In this document: in pieces, positions 38,111-50,484 of the stretch
Layout of the letters: every line of letters begins with the position of its first letter
How positions within the stretch are numbered: position 1 is the stretch's first letter
DNA from: Lama guanicoe
Lineage: Eukaryota
DNA length: 64,000 nucleotides
Reading direction: 5' to 3'
Assembly: GCA_013239625.1 (NCBI GenBank)
Contig: MU054466.1
Span: 2,108,001-2,172,000 of the forward strand
Notes under the pieces: generated by a model
The model's input: the letters and a program-made list of their open reading frames with translations, nothing else
Database searches by the model: none
What the model was told of the DNA's origin: nothing
Position numbers and translations under genes: made by a program

Positions 38111-39142
38111 CGGAATCAGTGCGGTCCCAGGCCTGCACTGGGCACCGAGGGGGAACTCCATCACCTCCCCCAGGCCCCTTGGCCTCTCAGGGCTGCAGTT
38201 CCCGGTGCCAGGTTGGCCACAGCCGGCGGGGGGCTGCAGTCCCCTGCCTCACCCACCCTTGCTGCCCATGCTCCAGGCCTGCCCTCCCCCGCTGCGCCGT
38301 GGGGTTGCCTTCTTTATCTTTAGCACCTCCACCTCTGCTTGGGCCTGCAGGGTCTGGGTGACAGCTCAGGGAGGCCTGGGGCTTGAAGAGGGAAGTCGGT
38401 GAAGCCGGGAGGGCTTCAGGCTGACCATCCTGGGGCCTGTCCCACCCAGAAGGAGCGCTGCCATAGAACCAGGTCTGCACCCTGGGCTGGATGTGGAGAT
38501 GGGAGACAGAGAGAAGGGGGTGCCACCCCAAGGCTGATGGTCAGGGCCAGGCCAGGCCTAAGTGAACGTGTCCCGCCACCACCTCCCCTGTGGGTATGTT
38601 TGAAGGAAGGATGGCAAAAGCGTGTGTTTCTTGGAGACGAGGAGAGGTCCTGGCAGAGATGGGCCTTTGGATGGTGGGTCCTTGTCTTTTTGTATCCCAC
38701 TTTGGGCTCTCCAGGGAGCCAGGAAACAGGGAGCTATTGGAAGTGGCTCAGCAGGAGCTGGGGACATGGCAGACAAAGATGGGCCCTCAGCTGAGCTGGA
38801 GCTGCTCTGAGTCCCAGGCTGCTGGGCACTTGGGTCAGCCCCTTACCAGGATCCACACAGCAGGAATTGCCCAATGTCAGCAGCTGCAGAGCAAGGGACA
38901 GGGGACTGACTGCATGGTCAGTAGCAAAGAGAGGCAGGAAGTGGCCTGCAACCGAGAGCCCTTGGTCCTGGTCTCACCCTCCCAAGGACCATCTGTGACA
39001 TCTAGGTGGTCCTGGACACGGCTCATTGGCAACAAGAATGAGTGAAGGGGTCCCTATATGTACAGGCAGCAGGCGTCCAAGCTCCCAAAGTTCCCTATCA
39101 TCTTTGAGTCGCAGACAGGGTGGGCCTCCCAGGTTAGCCTTA

Positions 39143-39265
39143 CAGTGCCTCCCAAACTTCCATGAGTGCAGGAACCCTTGGGGATCTCTGGGGTGGGGCC
39201 CATGAATCTGTGTTTCTCACAAGCTCCCAGGTGGTCATGGGGCCCACCACTCAAAGTAGCCACGG
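39143..39265. mobile_element. MER5A-like hAT-Charlie element (internally deleted)
   Basis: cagtgcctcccaaactt ... tctggggtggggcccatgaatctgtgtttctcacaagctcccaggtg ... accactcaaagtagccac. Confidence 0.75.
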
Positions 39266-39334
39266 TCTGCCCCACTCCCAGCCCCACTGGCAGGATGCTG
39301 TGGGCTGCAGCAAAATGTAGGATTGGAGACTAAT

Positions 39335-39490
39335 GGAGTTTATTGGCTGTGTTAGGCAAGTCAGTTCACCTCTTTGAACCTCGGGAGCTTCCTCTGAGAA
39401 AGAGGGCATAGGCACCATCCCCCCACGCCGAATAGGAGGGTTGAGTAAATATGAAGAAGCGGCAAGCCTCTGGAAAATGCCAGACAGACA
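39335..39490 (+). mobile_element. MIR
   Basis: ggctgtgttaggcaagtcagttcacctctttgaacctc. Confidence 0.65.
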
Positions 39491-40084
39491 TTTGGCGTTG
39501 TCTTGAAGGAGTCAGACCGGTGCTCATGGCTGAGGTGAAGGCACCAAAACGACCAGGGGTGAAGGCACCGGGTTCCTCCAGTGTTGGGTGGATGCGTCCC
39601 CCAGTGGTGGCATGAGGAGCTTTCTTGGGGGGGCAGCTGGATGGCGAAACAGACTGCAAACCAAGCTCATCCCAAAAGGGTATCGACTGTGTGTAGAACT
39701 GTTTCTGGAAAAGCCAGTGTGGCCTGCGGGCCAAGCTTTGAAGCACCCAGTCTCCTTCGCAGCTGTTCTGCAGGGGATGGCCATGTGTCCTCTGAAAGAT
39801 CTAGAATACAGCCGTTTCCTGGCTGTTTGTGGGGACACATTTTTATAGGCGCACTTGCAGCTCCGGACCGATACAAAACAAATACGATGTTTAGTTCAAG
39901 ACCCAGCTTGTCCCAAGGCACCTTTGGAGTGAGACGGAGCCTCCTGCGGCCCCTGGAAGTAGAGGCCACAGGAGGAGGGGCTCAGGGGGGCCCCAGCCCG
40001 TCCCCCAGAATCCGAGCTTGCGTCTCCCGCAGGCTCCCACCGAGGGGTTGCAGGTCTTCCGCGTGAGTGCGCCCTGGTGCCATA

Positions 40085-40385
40085 TGTAGGCTGCGTATTC
40101 AGTCTCAACACACGTTTGCTAACAGGAGCAGCAGCAAAAGACGTGAAATCAAGCAAGACAAGAGACGGCGTTTTCGGCGCATTAAGATGCAGCATTTAAA
40201 CAGGCAAGCTTTGAATCGTAGTCTTTCGAACTGGAAATTGGAAAATAAAACCTCCAGCAACAGAATTCCCTTCTCGCTATGAAAGCATCACCTTTCCCCG
40301 CTGCACGGGCTGGGCCCCAAGTGCGCTGAGCATGGGGCCGGGGCCCCTCTGAGACGCAGCAGCTCTGTAATTAATTAGCGGAGCT
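40085..40385. promoter_or_regulatory. Candidate intronic enhancer
   Basis: Unique AT-richer island with GCATTAAG, TGGAAA (twice, NFAT-like) and the palindromic TAATTAATTA at 40368-40377. Confidence 0.45.
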
Positions 40386-42012
40386 TGCTGTCCGGCGTCC
40401 CTCCTCTCAGCCTCTCAGCCGGGCTGGTATTTTTCAGAGTTCTCACCATCCGAGGGACGACTTCAGGTCACCCGACACCAGGAGAAATCCAGCTGTGGTT
40501 TGGGCTCCTGTGTTTGTACAGAGCTCCCCCGAGCGGCCTCGGGCCTCCCCCAGGTGGCACTCCACAAGGCCTGGCCTTGGTTTTCCTACTTGCCCAGCCT
40601 GTCACCAGGAGCTCACCTGGGGGCTCTGGCTCCCTGTGAGTGCTTCAGCCCCCTCCAGGGCAGCCGAGGGCCATGGTCCCCCACGTCTGGCCCCTGCTAG
40701 GGTTGCTGGCGTGGGGCGCAGGGAGGCTGTTGTCCTGGCACATGGCGGCCGGCGAGGAGTGGGGCCAATACTGGTCACCTTTCAGAGCGAGAAGGACCTC
40801 AACAAGATGCCCTGGAGGGTCTAGTTGGTCTTTAAGAGAAGAGAGTTGTAGAGAGTGGGAAGAAAAACCCTCGCCAAGCCCACAAAATGGGCTTTTGTCA
40901 CGGTAATTACTTATTATTAAGCTGCAGAGCCCTATGAAAGTGAACCTTATGACTGTATCCGACTGGGACACTGGAAGATCACCCGGCGGAGGGAGAGGAG
41001 CTTCAGTGCACAAGTTTGCTAAAAAGGAGCCTTGGTGATGGAGGGGAGGGGGCTGTGCCGGCGGGTTGCCGGCTGGCCAGAGAGGGACCAGGCCCTGGAG
41101 CACGTGAGCACCGGCGGCCTTCCAGAGGGCTGTGTTGTGAGTTCTGTCAAATCTTACTGTCTTTGTGTTCTTGGTCAAGGTGAACACAGATCGCCTCAGT
41201 TGTCGGCATAAGTGTTGCCAGTCACCGGAAGTTTCTGTGGAGGATGTGGTGTTTCCATCCAGCTTCTTGGTGCGAGGCAGATTGCTTCTTGGAGCTGACA
41301 GCAAAAAGCATTCCTTCGGGCCGTGGAACCTAAAGGCTCCTCGGGGAGGTCAGGGACTTCTAGGGTCTGTTTTGAGATTCATCAGGAAGCTCTGCTCTTA
41401 GTACCGCTTGCTCTCTTCGGGGTAGCAGCGCTGCTGGTCACGGGAACTTTTAATAAGGATTAATGGCCGTAGCAAAGGTAACACTGTTTCTTACACCTTC
41501 TGTGCACGACTGGGCATTTCGTCTCTGTTCCTGGGCTGTTGGCGTGTCGCCTGGGGGATTCCGGGAGCCCCATCTGAGACACGCTTGTTCGTGGTGACAT
41601 AGCGTGCCCGTGAGCGCACCCCGGCCAGCAGGCGGGGCGGGCACGGAACAGCAGCCCCTTCAGAAATACGTGCTGTTGAGCCCGTTCCGGTGGCCGGAGC
41701 CACAGCCTAAAAATTACCCTCTGATCTGGAGAATCTAACCAGATGAGTAGCTGAGGCCACAGGACGCTCATGCTGAACTGAGCCACCTGGTCAGGGAGCC
41801 CCCGCCCCGCAGGGCATCCTTGGGGACCAGGGACGGTGCTGATCTGGCGGCCCATGCATTGAGGTGCCTGTCCCCCTGGGGAAATCGGCCTCCCCTGGCG
41901 TTTGGTTGCTGAAGTAACTCAGTTGTTTCTGTGGGTTCTTCTCCAGTTTTCGTTCTCTGGCAGCTCGTGTTTGTTTCTGAATCTGCTGAGTGTCCGAGCA
42001 CGTCTCCCAGTC

Positions 42013-42117
42013 GAGGGAACTGCGGCACAGAGAGGTTAGGTAATGGCTCTCGTAAAACCGCTGACGAGCAGAGCCTGGGTTCGAGCCCAGGCAGCCAGAC
42101 CCCAGACCCACATTCTA
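42013..42117 (-). mobile_element. MIR
   Basis: gagggaactgcggcacagagaggttaggtaa ... gcagagcctgggttcgagcccaggcagccagac. Confidence 0.85.
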
Positions 42118-45100
42118 GTGAGGAGCGGGGACTTCTCCGGCCGCCTTCTCCGCCGGGTGCAAACGAGAAACAGCTCGGCTGCAGCCTGCAGTTGGAGGCG
42201 GTGGGGGCAGCCTGCCTCCTAAGCCCGCGGGTCCTGGCCTATCGTACCTTGCTCCGCAGCGTAAGTGGGTTTCTTTGAAGAATGGGGAGTGCGGAGCTGC
42301 GTCTGGCTGGTCGGGCAGTGAGTGTGGCAAGGAGTGGTGGCCGAGGGGGTACAGCGCTGGGCACAGATGGACGCCGCTTAGTGTAGGGTGTTCGGACGAA
42401 CAGAGCGGCCTCAGACCCCCAACCCTCCTGTGGGGCGTCCCTGCCCAGAGGTGGCGGGTGCTCAGGACTGGGGACAGGCTTCTCCGGGGCAGAGGAGCAG
42501 GCGTGGCAGGCGTGGGCTCAGCCCACAGCCAGCTGGCGCGCCGGGAGGTCGGCAGAGGGCAGGGAAGAACGCCGCAGCCGGCAGACGGTGCCTGCGGCCT
42601 CACCTCTACCCCGGCGCGGCCGGTGCCCACAGCCTCCCAGACCAGCCGTCAGGAACTTGGAGATCACAGAACGCCGCCGTCCTTGGAGGAGGCGAGGCCG
42701 AGGTCCCAGCCCAGGCACCCCCTGTCTCATGTCCTCTGTCCTGGGGACAGCCACCCGCAGGCAGCTCAGAGCAGAGTATCAGGTTCCTAAGGGAGGGCAG
42801 GAGGCTGGCAGGGCCTCAGGCCAGCTTGGGGGCAGCACCCTGCACGCACCTCGGACCTCGGACCAAAGGCCATGATTCCGGAGGCAGGGCAGGCGTCAGG
42901 AGGGAGGTGGGCAGCTGGGGGCCTGTGTGTGACCGGGGTGAGTCCCTCCCAGGCCCTGAAGCAGCAGTGCAGTGCGGACCTGCAGAAGGGGCTCCCTTAC
43001 TCCCCGAGGCCGGGGCTTGGCGGTCACCCCGGGCTCCTGGGGGCCCCAGTGAGGCTGCACGTTGCTGTCTCTCCTCCTGCCTCTCCCCTATCTTGGGACC
43101 CCGCCCCCCGAGTCCGCAGCCTTCCTCTTCTGCCTTCCTGTCAGTTGTTGCCCCTGGAACATTCCCTGCTGCTGGGCCTCTGCGCCCTCTGCCCTCCTTC
43201 CCCATGGCCTGCCTTCTCACCTCTCCCAGATTCATTTTCTCTCTGCTTCTCCCCTTCGCCCCTGAGTTCCTCCCAGGGAATTCCAGCCCCACCTCATCCT
43301 CCAGACTCTGGCCCGCCCATACGGCCCCTTCCGGCCCCCTCGCAGCCTGCCAACCCATCAGCCAGACCGTTATGGTATGAATTGCATTTCATTGGGACCA
43401 CAGGACGGACTCTGACCTTTTGTGTCACCAGTGCAGCTGAGCGTGGCCCTTGGTGTCCAGGGCCCTCAGGGAGCAAGTCCAGTTCTGGAAGGAGACTGGG
43501 TGGGGCTGGGACTCAGGCTTGGGCAAGAGGCCTTGGGCACTCCAGAGAGCCTTGGGTGGCTCTGGTGCCAGCCCACCTGCCACAGCAGGGTCCCCACCAG
43601 CTGTGACAGAGACAGGCTGGCAGCCTCTACGAGGCGGGAGGAGCCAGCACTGCCCCCTCCCCAGGCCAGGAGCTCCAGGGAGCCAGCAAGGTCTGCACAC
43701 CTCGGGGACCCTTGAGCAGGTCAGGGAGCCGACCAAGAAGCGGGGGGGGGGGGCAGCAGCATGAATTATTTACGGAGTAGCTGTTTGTGCTGGACGCTGC
43801 CGCAGGCCCTGGGTGTGGAGTTGGGGGTAAAAGCCCCCTGTTCTCTGCTTCCTGGGGCTCCCAGGTCCCACTCAACCAGAGTAAACTGGTTCTGAGTGTG
43901 GCAAGCACATCTCTCCCGCCGCAGCTGTGAGGACCTGTCCAGAGCCCAGCCGGGTGGTCAGAGGCGGGAGCCAGCCAACGTCTCCCCTTCCCGGTTCCCG
44001 GAGGGGGCTTCTGTGTCCAGGCCTCTGTGTTGGGATTTTATGTCATCTTCTCTTCCCTTCCGGGGGGCTTTTGGGGCTGCAGAGGCTCCTGCGTGCTTCC
44101 CCAACCCGTACCTGCCCCATCACCACCCACCCGGGCCTGGTGTCCAGCCTCTTAATCAGCCCAGCAGGCAGCTCAGGTGTCCCCGGGTGTGGTGAGTCAG
44201 CTCTGTGTCTGACTGTGGGGAGCTTGTCCAGGGGAGCAGCGGGGAGCCTGGGTGGACACCTGGGAGGGGACTGTTCCCTCAAGCGGGAAGGAGGCCACGT
44301 GGTCCCTCTCCCGGAGCCAGTGCAGGGCTGGTCCCACTGGGTCCCCTAGGGTCACCCACGCCAGGTGGTCCTGAGGGGATCTGTCCCACATCAGCCTCAG
44401 AGCAGCCACAAGTTCCCCCTTGTCACCCCAGGAGGGGGACGGGTGGAAGCAGGCATTGGCTGTCCTGGCCCCTCCGTGACCGGCCCTGTGGCCTAAAGCA
44501 CACTCCGGTCTCTGGGCCTTTGTGGGCTCACGTGCAGAGGGAGGGTCCGGTCAGCAAGTCACAGGACACTCGGGGATGAGCCAAAGTAGCATCTAGCCTT
44601 CACTCGGTGGGCAGCGCCGGGGCCCCTGTGTGTCACCCAGCCGGGCGTCCCCCTGCCCTCACAGAGCTCGGTCCAGCGCGGGAGGGAGGGCGCGGATCCA
44701 CAGAAAGGCAGATAAGACCAGCGATGGGGGGACGTGGGAGACACGGGGTGGGGGCCGCGGGGCAGGGCGGAGAGCACTTCAGCTGAGCAGGGGACAGAGG
44801 GAGCGGCGCCAGGGTGAAGGCTGCGTCCTGCCGGGACTTGCGCCGTCTCCCCTCCCGGGGGGAGCCTCTGCTCTGCTGTGCCTGCGTCCCGGCTCCCAGG
44901 ATGCAGCCTCACTTAGACAGATGTTACCTGTGCCTGTGCTGTGCGAAGGGGGCCGAGAGCATGCTTGTGTGTGAGTGTGTATAGTGAGCTTGTATATTGT
45001 GTGCACATGTGCTGGGTGTGTGCGTGCATAGGGTTGTGTGTGTTGAGAAGGCGGAAGACAGCTCCGGAGCTTCTGTGTGTGGTGTGCGCACAGCCTGGTA

Positions 45101-45574
45101 CAGGTATGAGGGGGTCCCCAAGAGGACACACACAGAAATCGTCCCCGAAGGTGTAAAACTTAATCCATCTTGAGCTGCAGGGTGGGGAGAGGCCTGGATT
45201 AAGAACCAGGAACCTCCAAGTTCTCATTGCAGCTCTGTCCGGCCTGCCCGTCTCCTCCAGCGTCTTACTCCTCTGTCAGTAAGTGAGCAAACAGGACCGG
45301 GGCGGGGCCTCCCAAACCTGGAAGTGGGGGTAGAAGTGAACGAATGGGTGGGGTTTTCCCGTCCCACATGTTGTATTGTGGGGGGAAGTTACTGCCAAAC
45401 CACGTGTATTCTAGGAAGGGCAACCAGAAGGATCAGCTAAAGGCCACCAGGGGATTTCACCCTGATCTCTGCTGACCATTGTCAAAGGTCAGCAGGTTGG
45501 CACATACGGGGAACAGACCCTCCCCACCTGGAGGAACAGAGAGGGAAACAAGCAGTGGGCTTAAAGAAAAATCT

Positions 45575-45690
45575 CTAAGGACATTTCTAACCAGCATCTC
45601 CCAGCTTTAGCATTGGTTGTCACATTGGTAGTAAGTTCCCCGTCACCAGAGGAATGCAACAGAGGCCGACCGGCTCTCTGCCTCAGGGGC
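45575..45690 (+). mobile_element. L3/CR1 fragment
   Basis: ggtagtaagttccccgtcaccagaggaatgcaacagaggc matches the L3 motif ggtagtgagctccccgtcactggaggtgttcaagcagaggc. Confidence 0.6.
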
Positions 45691-45697
45691 TCTAGAG

Positions 45698-46051
45698 CAA
45701 TGCTGTCTGCTAAAAATGTGGTGCCAGCCAGCAGGAAAGTTTACATTTTCTGGTAGCCACTCAGAAGAAGTGAAAAGAAACAGATGAGATGAGTTTCACT
45801 AATACGTTTTATTTAACGCAGTACATTCCAGATATCCCATTGTCTGTGACGAGTATGAAATAATTACTGAGACAGTTTGCATTCTTGGTTTTGTACTAAG
45901 TCTTTGAAGCCTGGGGTAGGTTTTGCACGTGACCACACATCTGCACTCAGACCAGCTGTGCTTCCAGGGCTCCGCCCTCACGTGGCGTCCTGAGGAGTGT
46001 GCAGGACGGAGCTAGAACTTTTCCATCATCACAGAAAGTTGGACAACACGG
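45698..46051. mobile_element. MER33 hAT-Charlie element with 8-bp TSD
   Basis: MER33 body (ttttctggtagccac...aaaagaaacag...tttatttaac...gtactaagtctttgaa) flanked by ctctagag (45690-45697) and ctctagac (46052-46059). Confidence 0.85.
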
Positions 46052-46059
46052 CTCTAGAC

Positions 46060-46191
46060 CTCGCTGCTCACAGTCTGGTGTTCGGACCAGCAGCACAGGG
46101 AGCCGGCTTTTCTAGAAACGCAGACCCTCAGGCTCCCTAAACCTCCTCCATCGGACTCGGCGTGGCTCGGGGGGTTTGGGGGCCCCTGCTG
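46060..46191. mobile_element. MER5-like hAT-Charlie element
   Basis: ctgctcacagtctggtgttcggaccagcagca...tagaaacgcagaccctcagg, flanked by ctctagac and ctctagaa (46192-46199). Confidence 0.7.
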
Positions 46192-46589
46192 CTCTAGAAC
46201 TTGGTGCGCGTCAGGCAGTGTGGGTGGGGTGGGCTTCGGATCCCTCCAGTGGCTGCAGGTCTCAGAGCCCCACCAGCCCCCAATGCCCGTCTACAGACAG
46301 GCTACGACCTTGGCAAAGTCTCCACTACCTCCCGACGCCTGGCAAAGTGGGAAAGCTAAGACTCTAAGTGTGATAACATTTTTCATAAAGATCAGTCTAT
46401 CCACTTTTGTGTATAAAATGCCAGTTTTTGTTAAATGATGGTGATACCCACTGTTCATTTTTTTAAATGTCCTTACTGCTCAGACAAAAGGTTGGCAATT
46501 CAAATCCACCGCCCATCCCCTTTTAAATGCATTTTACTAAGTAGCGCTTTTCAAAAGTCTGGAAACCAGTGATACTGAGTGGGGATTGT

Positions 46590-46777
46590 TGGGCCAAATC
46601 CATCCTACCGTCTGTTTTTATCTTTTAAAAAAGTTCCGTTGGAACATGGCCACATCCATTTGTTTATGTGCGTCTGTGACAGCTCTCACACCACAGCAAC
46701 GGAGCTGAGCAGGTGCAACAGAGACCACATGGGCCGCAAAGCGAAAATATTTGCTGGAAAAGTTTGTCGACCTCTGG
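46590..46777. mobile_element. MER58A hAT-Charlie element
   Basis: gggccaaatcc...ttggaacatggccacatccatttgttta...gcaacagagaccacatgggccgcaaagcgaaaatattt...aaaagtttgtcgacctctg. Confidence 0.85.
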
Positions 46778-46786
46778 CCCAAAGGA

Positions 46787-47102
46787 GCACTGCTCATAGA
46801 GTGGGAGCCTCCCATGATGCTGAGTTTTCTAGTAGCTGCGTTTGAGTTTACCAGGGTGAAAAAACACTGGTGAAATTCATTTTAATGACATATTTCATTT
46901 CACCCAATCCAAAATATTTTCATTCCCACATTTAACGACTAAACATCACAGAGATTTATAAGAATTAGCATTCTTTCTTCATGCTGAATCTTTGAAATCC
47001 ACTGAGTGTTTTTCTTTTGCGGCTCATGGCACGTCGGACCAGCAGCATTTCAAATGCTTGGTAGCCATGTGTGGCTGGTGGCCGCCATCTTGGACAGCGC
47101 AG
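46787..47102. mobile_element. MER33 hAT-Charlie element
   Basis: ttttctagtagc...ggtgaaattcattttaatga...ccaaaatatt...catttcaaatgcttggtagccatgtgtggctggtggc...ttggacagcgcag. Confidence 0.85.
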
Positions 47103-47349
47103 GTCTGCAAGGAATGAGGCAAGTTCCAACTGGGGCATCTGGGAGGAGGCTCGGAGGAGCTGGGCTGTGCCCTGAGTGTCGATGGGGGGCTGAGACCCGT
47201 GGCGGGGCCATCCCGAAGGGTGGCAGCAGTTTATGTGGAAAGACACAGAGTTGGGTGCGTTCCTGGCTATGACCTTGGCAAAGTCACAGGGTGCGTTCCT
47301 GGACTGCCTGGAACCCGGGGTGTAAGGGAGAGAATGACAATGGGAATGG

Positions 47350-47670
47350 TTCTAAGTCTAGGCTGAGAAATTTGGACTTTTTTTCAGTAGGTAATAGGGA
47401 GCCATGAAAGGTCTTTGAGCAGGGCAGGGACATGATCAGCTCTATGGGTAAGGAAGATTAATCTGGAGTAGGGAGATGACTGCAGACCAGGCAACAGCTG
47501 GGACAGAGGCTTGGGCAAGAGGTGATGGGCCCTGACCCAGCAGGTAGTGGGTATAAGGCGGGAAGGGATAAAGAAAGATTTTGCAGAAGTGTGCCCACAT
47601 GCTGACATATGAGTGATGGAGAAGGCAGATCCCTGTGGAATCATGGTCTCTGGCCTGAGGTTGGTGCTCC
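47350..47670 (-). mobile_element. L2 LINE fragment (ORF2 C-terminal region)
   Basis: The minus-strand translation RLIFLTHRADHVPALLKDLSWLPI resembles the L2 ORF2 motif (ARLIF..SDH.TPLL..LHWLP). Confidence 0.85.
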
Positions 47671-48459
47671 TGTGTGCTGAGTGGTTTGCTCTGGTGGCTG
47701 TGACCCCGACCATGTGACCTCAGCCCTCGTGAGTCCCCAGGCTCTGGCTCCTTGGTGGAGAAAGGCCTCCCCCTCCCTCTCTGGCCCAGGAGCCCTCTTG
47801 TGGATGCCAGAAGGCTGCACACACCAGCAGAGGACCCTCGGGTCCTGCCCCCTCCTCCAGCCTCCTTTCAGGTCTGTTGGGCTAGACCAGGGCAAGTGCC
47901 CCAGGCAGATGTGAACATTTGGCTACGCCCTCTGGAAGCTTAACACCTTCACCTCTCGTCCTCCCTGAACATCTGGTCTGAGCCCGGCTGCACCTGGAGG
48001 CTGCCCCTCCTGGATTCTGCGAGCTCCAGAATAAACGCGCTCCAGAGCTCATTTGCAAAGTAGATGGGAAGACAGCTCCAGAGGAGGCAGAGGCCCACGT
48101 GCCCCAGACCCCCGGCGTCCCCAAGCCACTCTCACAAACACCTGGCCAGGGAGGTGCGTGGGGGGGGCTGGAGGCAGGCAGTGGGAGGTGAGGGGAGCGG
48201 GGCTTCTGAGGGAGGGGTGGAAAGGTCACAGGTCACCTCTGCGCCCCCTGGGAGGGCCTCACAGAGGGCCGGGCGGTTCCAGGCATGGGGCTCAGTAAGG
48301 AAAACACCTCAAGAAAGGAGTGGGTCAGGGGGCACCTGAAACGGGCTGGGGGTGCACACGCCTGCCTGAGCAGGGGGCGCCCGTTTCTCCCCACGTAGCT
48401 CCAGTGTCCTGACTTCTGTTCCTGCTGTGGCTTCCGCCGAGGGTGCCAGTCCCCAGATG

Positions 48460-48690
48460 CCTCACAGGCCTTCTTACTTCCCTCAAGACTTTGCTCTCTC
48501 ATGAGACCTTTCTTGACTGTTATTAAGCCATTTAGAAATGCAGCAACGCCCTCCCCTTGACGGGCTCTACACTGTCCTGGTGCCCTCGTCTGCCTTGACG
48601 AGGGAAGGGCCGTTGGTTCTGTCCACTGTGTTTCCCCAGCACCTAGGACAGTGCCTGGTGCAGGAAGATGCTCAGTGGATGTTCACTACG
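48460..48690 (+). mobile_element. L2 3-prime end
   Basis: gtccactgtgtttccccagcacctaggacagtgcctggtgcagg...gctcagtggatgtt. Confidence 0.75.
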
Positions 48691-49032
48691 TGACTGAGAC
48701 CCTGCCCTCCTTCTGCGGGCAGCCTCGGGGGGCGAACGGTCAATTTCCGCCTGAACCACTGCCCCTTCCAACACCCCCAGCCGGGCACCCCTCCACGGCC
48801 CGGCAGGCAAGTGGCTGAGCAGCCACAGGTGACAAAGATGGGGTGGGGTCTCCGTCACAGCCTCTGTGGGGCTCTGAGGCTCAAAAGGCAAGAATGTTGG
48901 GGGGGTGGATAAGGGGGAAGCAAGCTTGGCTCTTTCATCCCACCTCCACTTCTTCCTCCCTCTTCCCTTCCTCCCCGTTTTCCTTCTTTCTTTCCTTTTT
49001 TTTCTAACTATATAGTTCATATCTGTGGTCTC

Positions 49033-49325
49033 TTTTTTAATTGAAGTGTAATTCACATGCCATAAATACACCCTTAGAAAGTGTGCAGTTCCATGGTTTT
49101 TAGTACATTCACAAAGTTGTGCAACCGTCACCACTCTCTAGTTCCAGAACGTTTTCATTTCCCCGAAAAGAAACCCCATATGCAGTAAGCAGTGACTCCG
49201 CTTCCCCCCTCCCCCCAGCCCCCAACAGCCCCTAATCTGCCCTCTGTCCCTGGATGTCCCTGCTGGACATTTCACGTTAACAGAATCATGTAACACAGGG
49301 CCCTTTGTGTCTGGCCGCCACTGTT
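49033..49325 (-). mobile_element. L1MB-like 3-prime end
   Basis: ttttaattgaagtgtaattcacatgccataaa...tttttagtacattcacaaagttgtgcaaccgtcaccact...ttccagaacgttttcatttccccgaaaagaaacccc. Confidence 0.9.
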
Positions 49326-49945
49326 TCCTGGGCACCCGAGGCTCGCGGGGTTCCCGCAGCAGGAAGGCCCAGGCTCTGCGCTCGGAGGGCTTGCAGATGG
49401 CGGAGGCGGTGGGCTTCTTGGTCCTGGGCTGCGTATGATCTGCAGTCATCCTTTGCTTCCCTTAGAGGGGCCTCCTGTGAGAGGCTCGCTTGCTCACAAC
49501 AGTGGCTGGATGGGGTTGGAAGGAGGAGAAGGAGCCCTGAACAGAGGAGGGTGGCCCCCCAGCTTTCCCAGTTTGTCCGAGCCGTGCCCCTGCCTAGGGT
49601 GAATGGAAAGAAACACCCAGGTCCTCTGGTTTCTTCTGATGAAACGCAGCCCACGGGCACCCCTCCAGCAAGTGCCTGGACCCGAGCGGTTGTGAGTGTC
49701 CGTCCCTGCAGTCTGAGGGCCAGCGGACGGCTGCTGCCTCTCCCCTCGTGCAGAGCCCAGCTGCTCCGGGCTCACGTCCCAAGTGAAAAGTGATGCCAGG
49801 ACTCCCACAGTCCCAGTGCGGTGCAGCAGGGAGGGGCCGGGTGGCCCTCTCAGGGGTCTCCGGGGCCCAGCAGGCAGCCTGGTGAGAGCGTGTGCATGGT
49901 TTCCAGGGTGTGGTTTCCGAGGGTGACGTGTGTCTGAAACCTCTG

Positions 49946-50050
49946 CAGTGTGGTTAAGAATTTGGGACTCTGGGGAGAGACAGAGCCGCTCCCGGCTGGA
50001 GTGTCTGCCCGGATGCCTGTGCCAGCACACGGCCTGTGTGACCTGGGGCT
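49946..50050 (+). mobile_element. MIR 5-prime part; a second MIR core lies at about 50300-50450
   Basis: gtgtggttaagaatttgggactctgg ... ctgtgtgacctgggg; gggcctcagtttcctcat near 50340. Confidence 0.65.
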
Positions 50051-50484
50051 ACGCCGGCGCCCGGACGGGGCAGCTGGGAGGATGAACCAGCATGCAGGCA
50101 GGCTGGCAGAGGAGGCTGCAGCTGTCCCTGCCAGGCCACCTTCAGCATCCCAGGCCCCAGGGCTGGAGGCAGCCAGAGCCTCCTACAGAGCTCTTGTCCC
50201 GAAGCCAGGCCTCCCTGGGCACACCTGTCCTCTGCCCCGCCCCGCATCGGTGCACTGGTCACCATGGGCAAGTGCAAGCTGGAAGGAGTGAGCAGCTGGG
50301 CTCACCTGCTTGGTGACCCTGGCCCGTCTCCATCCCGGGCCTCAGTTTCCTCATGGGTCCGTGGGGAGAGCATTGCATCCAGCAGGGGGTTAATTGACAG
50401 AGTGCAGCCCGAGTGCAGCCTGAGTGGCCTGGGGCAGGGTCAGCCCTGGTGGACGTGTACTCTTCTGTTGCTTAAGTCTCCACA

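Noticed and set aside
36479-38402. Long ORFs of 395-463 aa on both strands over the CpG island, including an ATG in good Kozak context at 37506
   Set aside because: They run through N-gaps, are Arg/Gly/Pro/Ala low complexity, overlap in several frames and show no recognisable domain, which is typical of stop-codon scarcity in CpG islands. A coding first exon from 37506 cannot be fully excluded without RNA data.
42388-43380. 330-aa ORF, and similar 200-317 aa ORFs at 3000-3953, 5886-6614, 59315-60013, 61657-62553 and 62707-63639
   Set aside because: No protein family similarity is evident, composition simply mirrors GC-rich DNA, and some overlap recognisable repeats.
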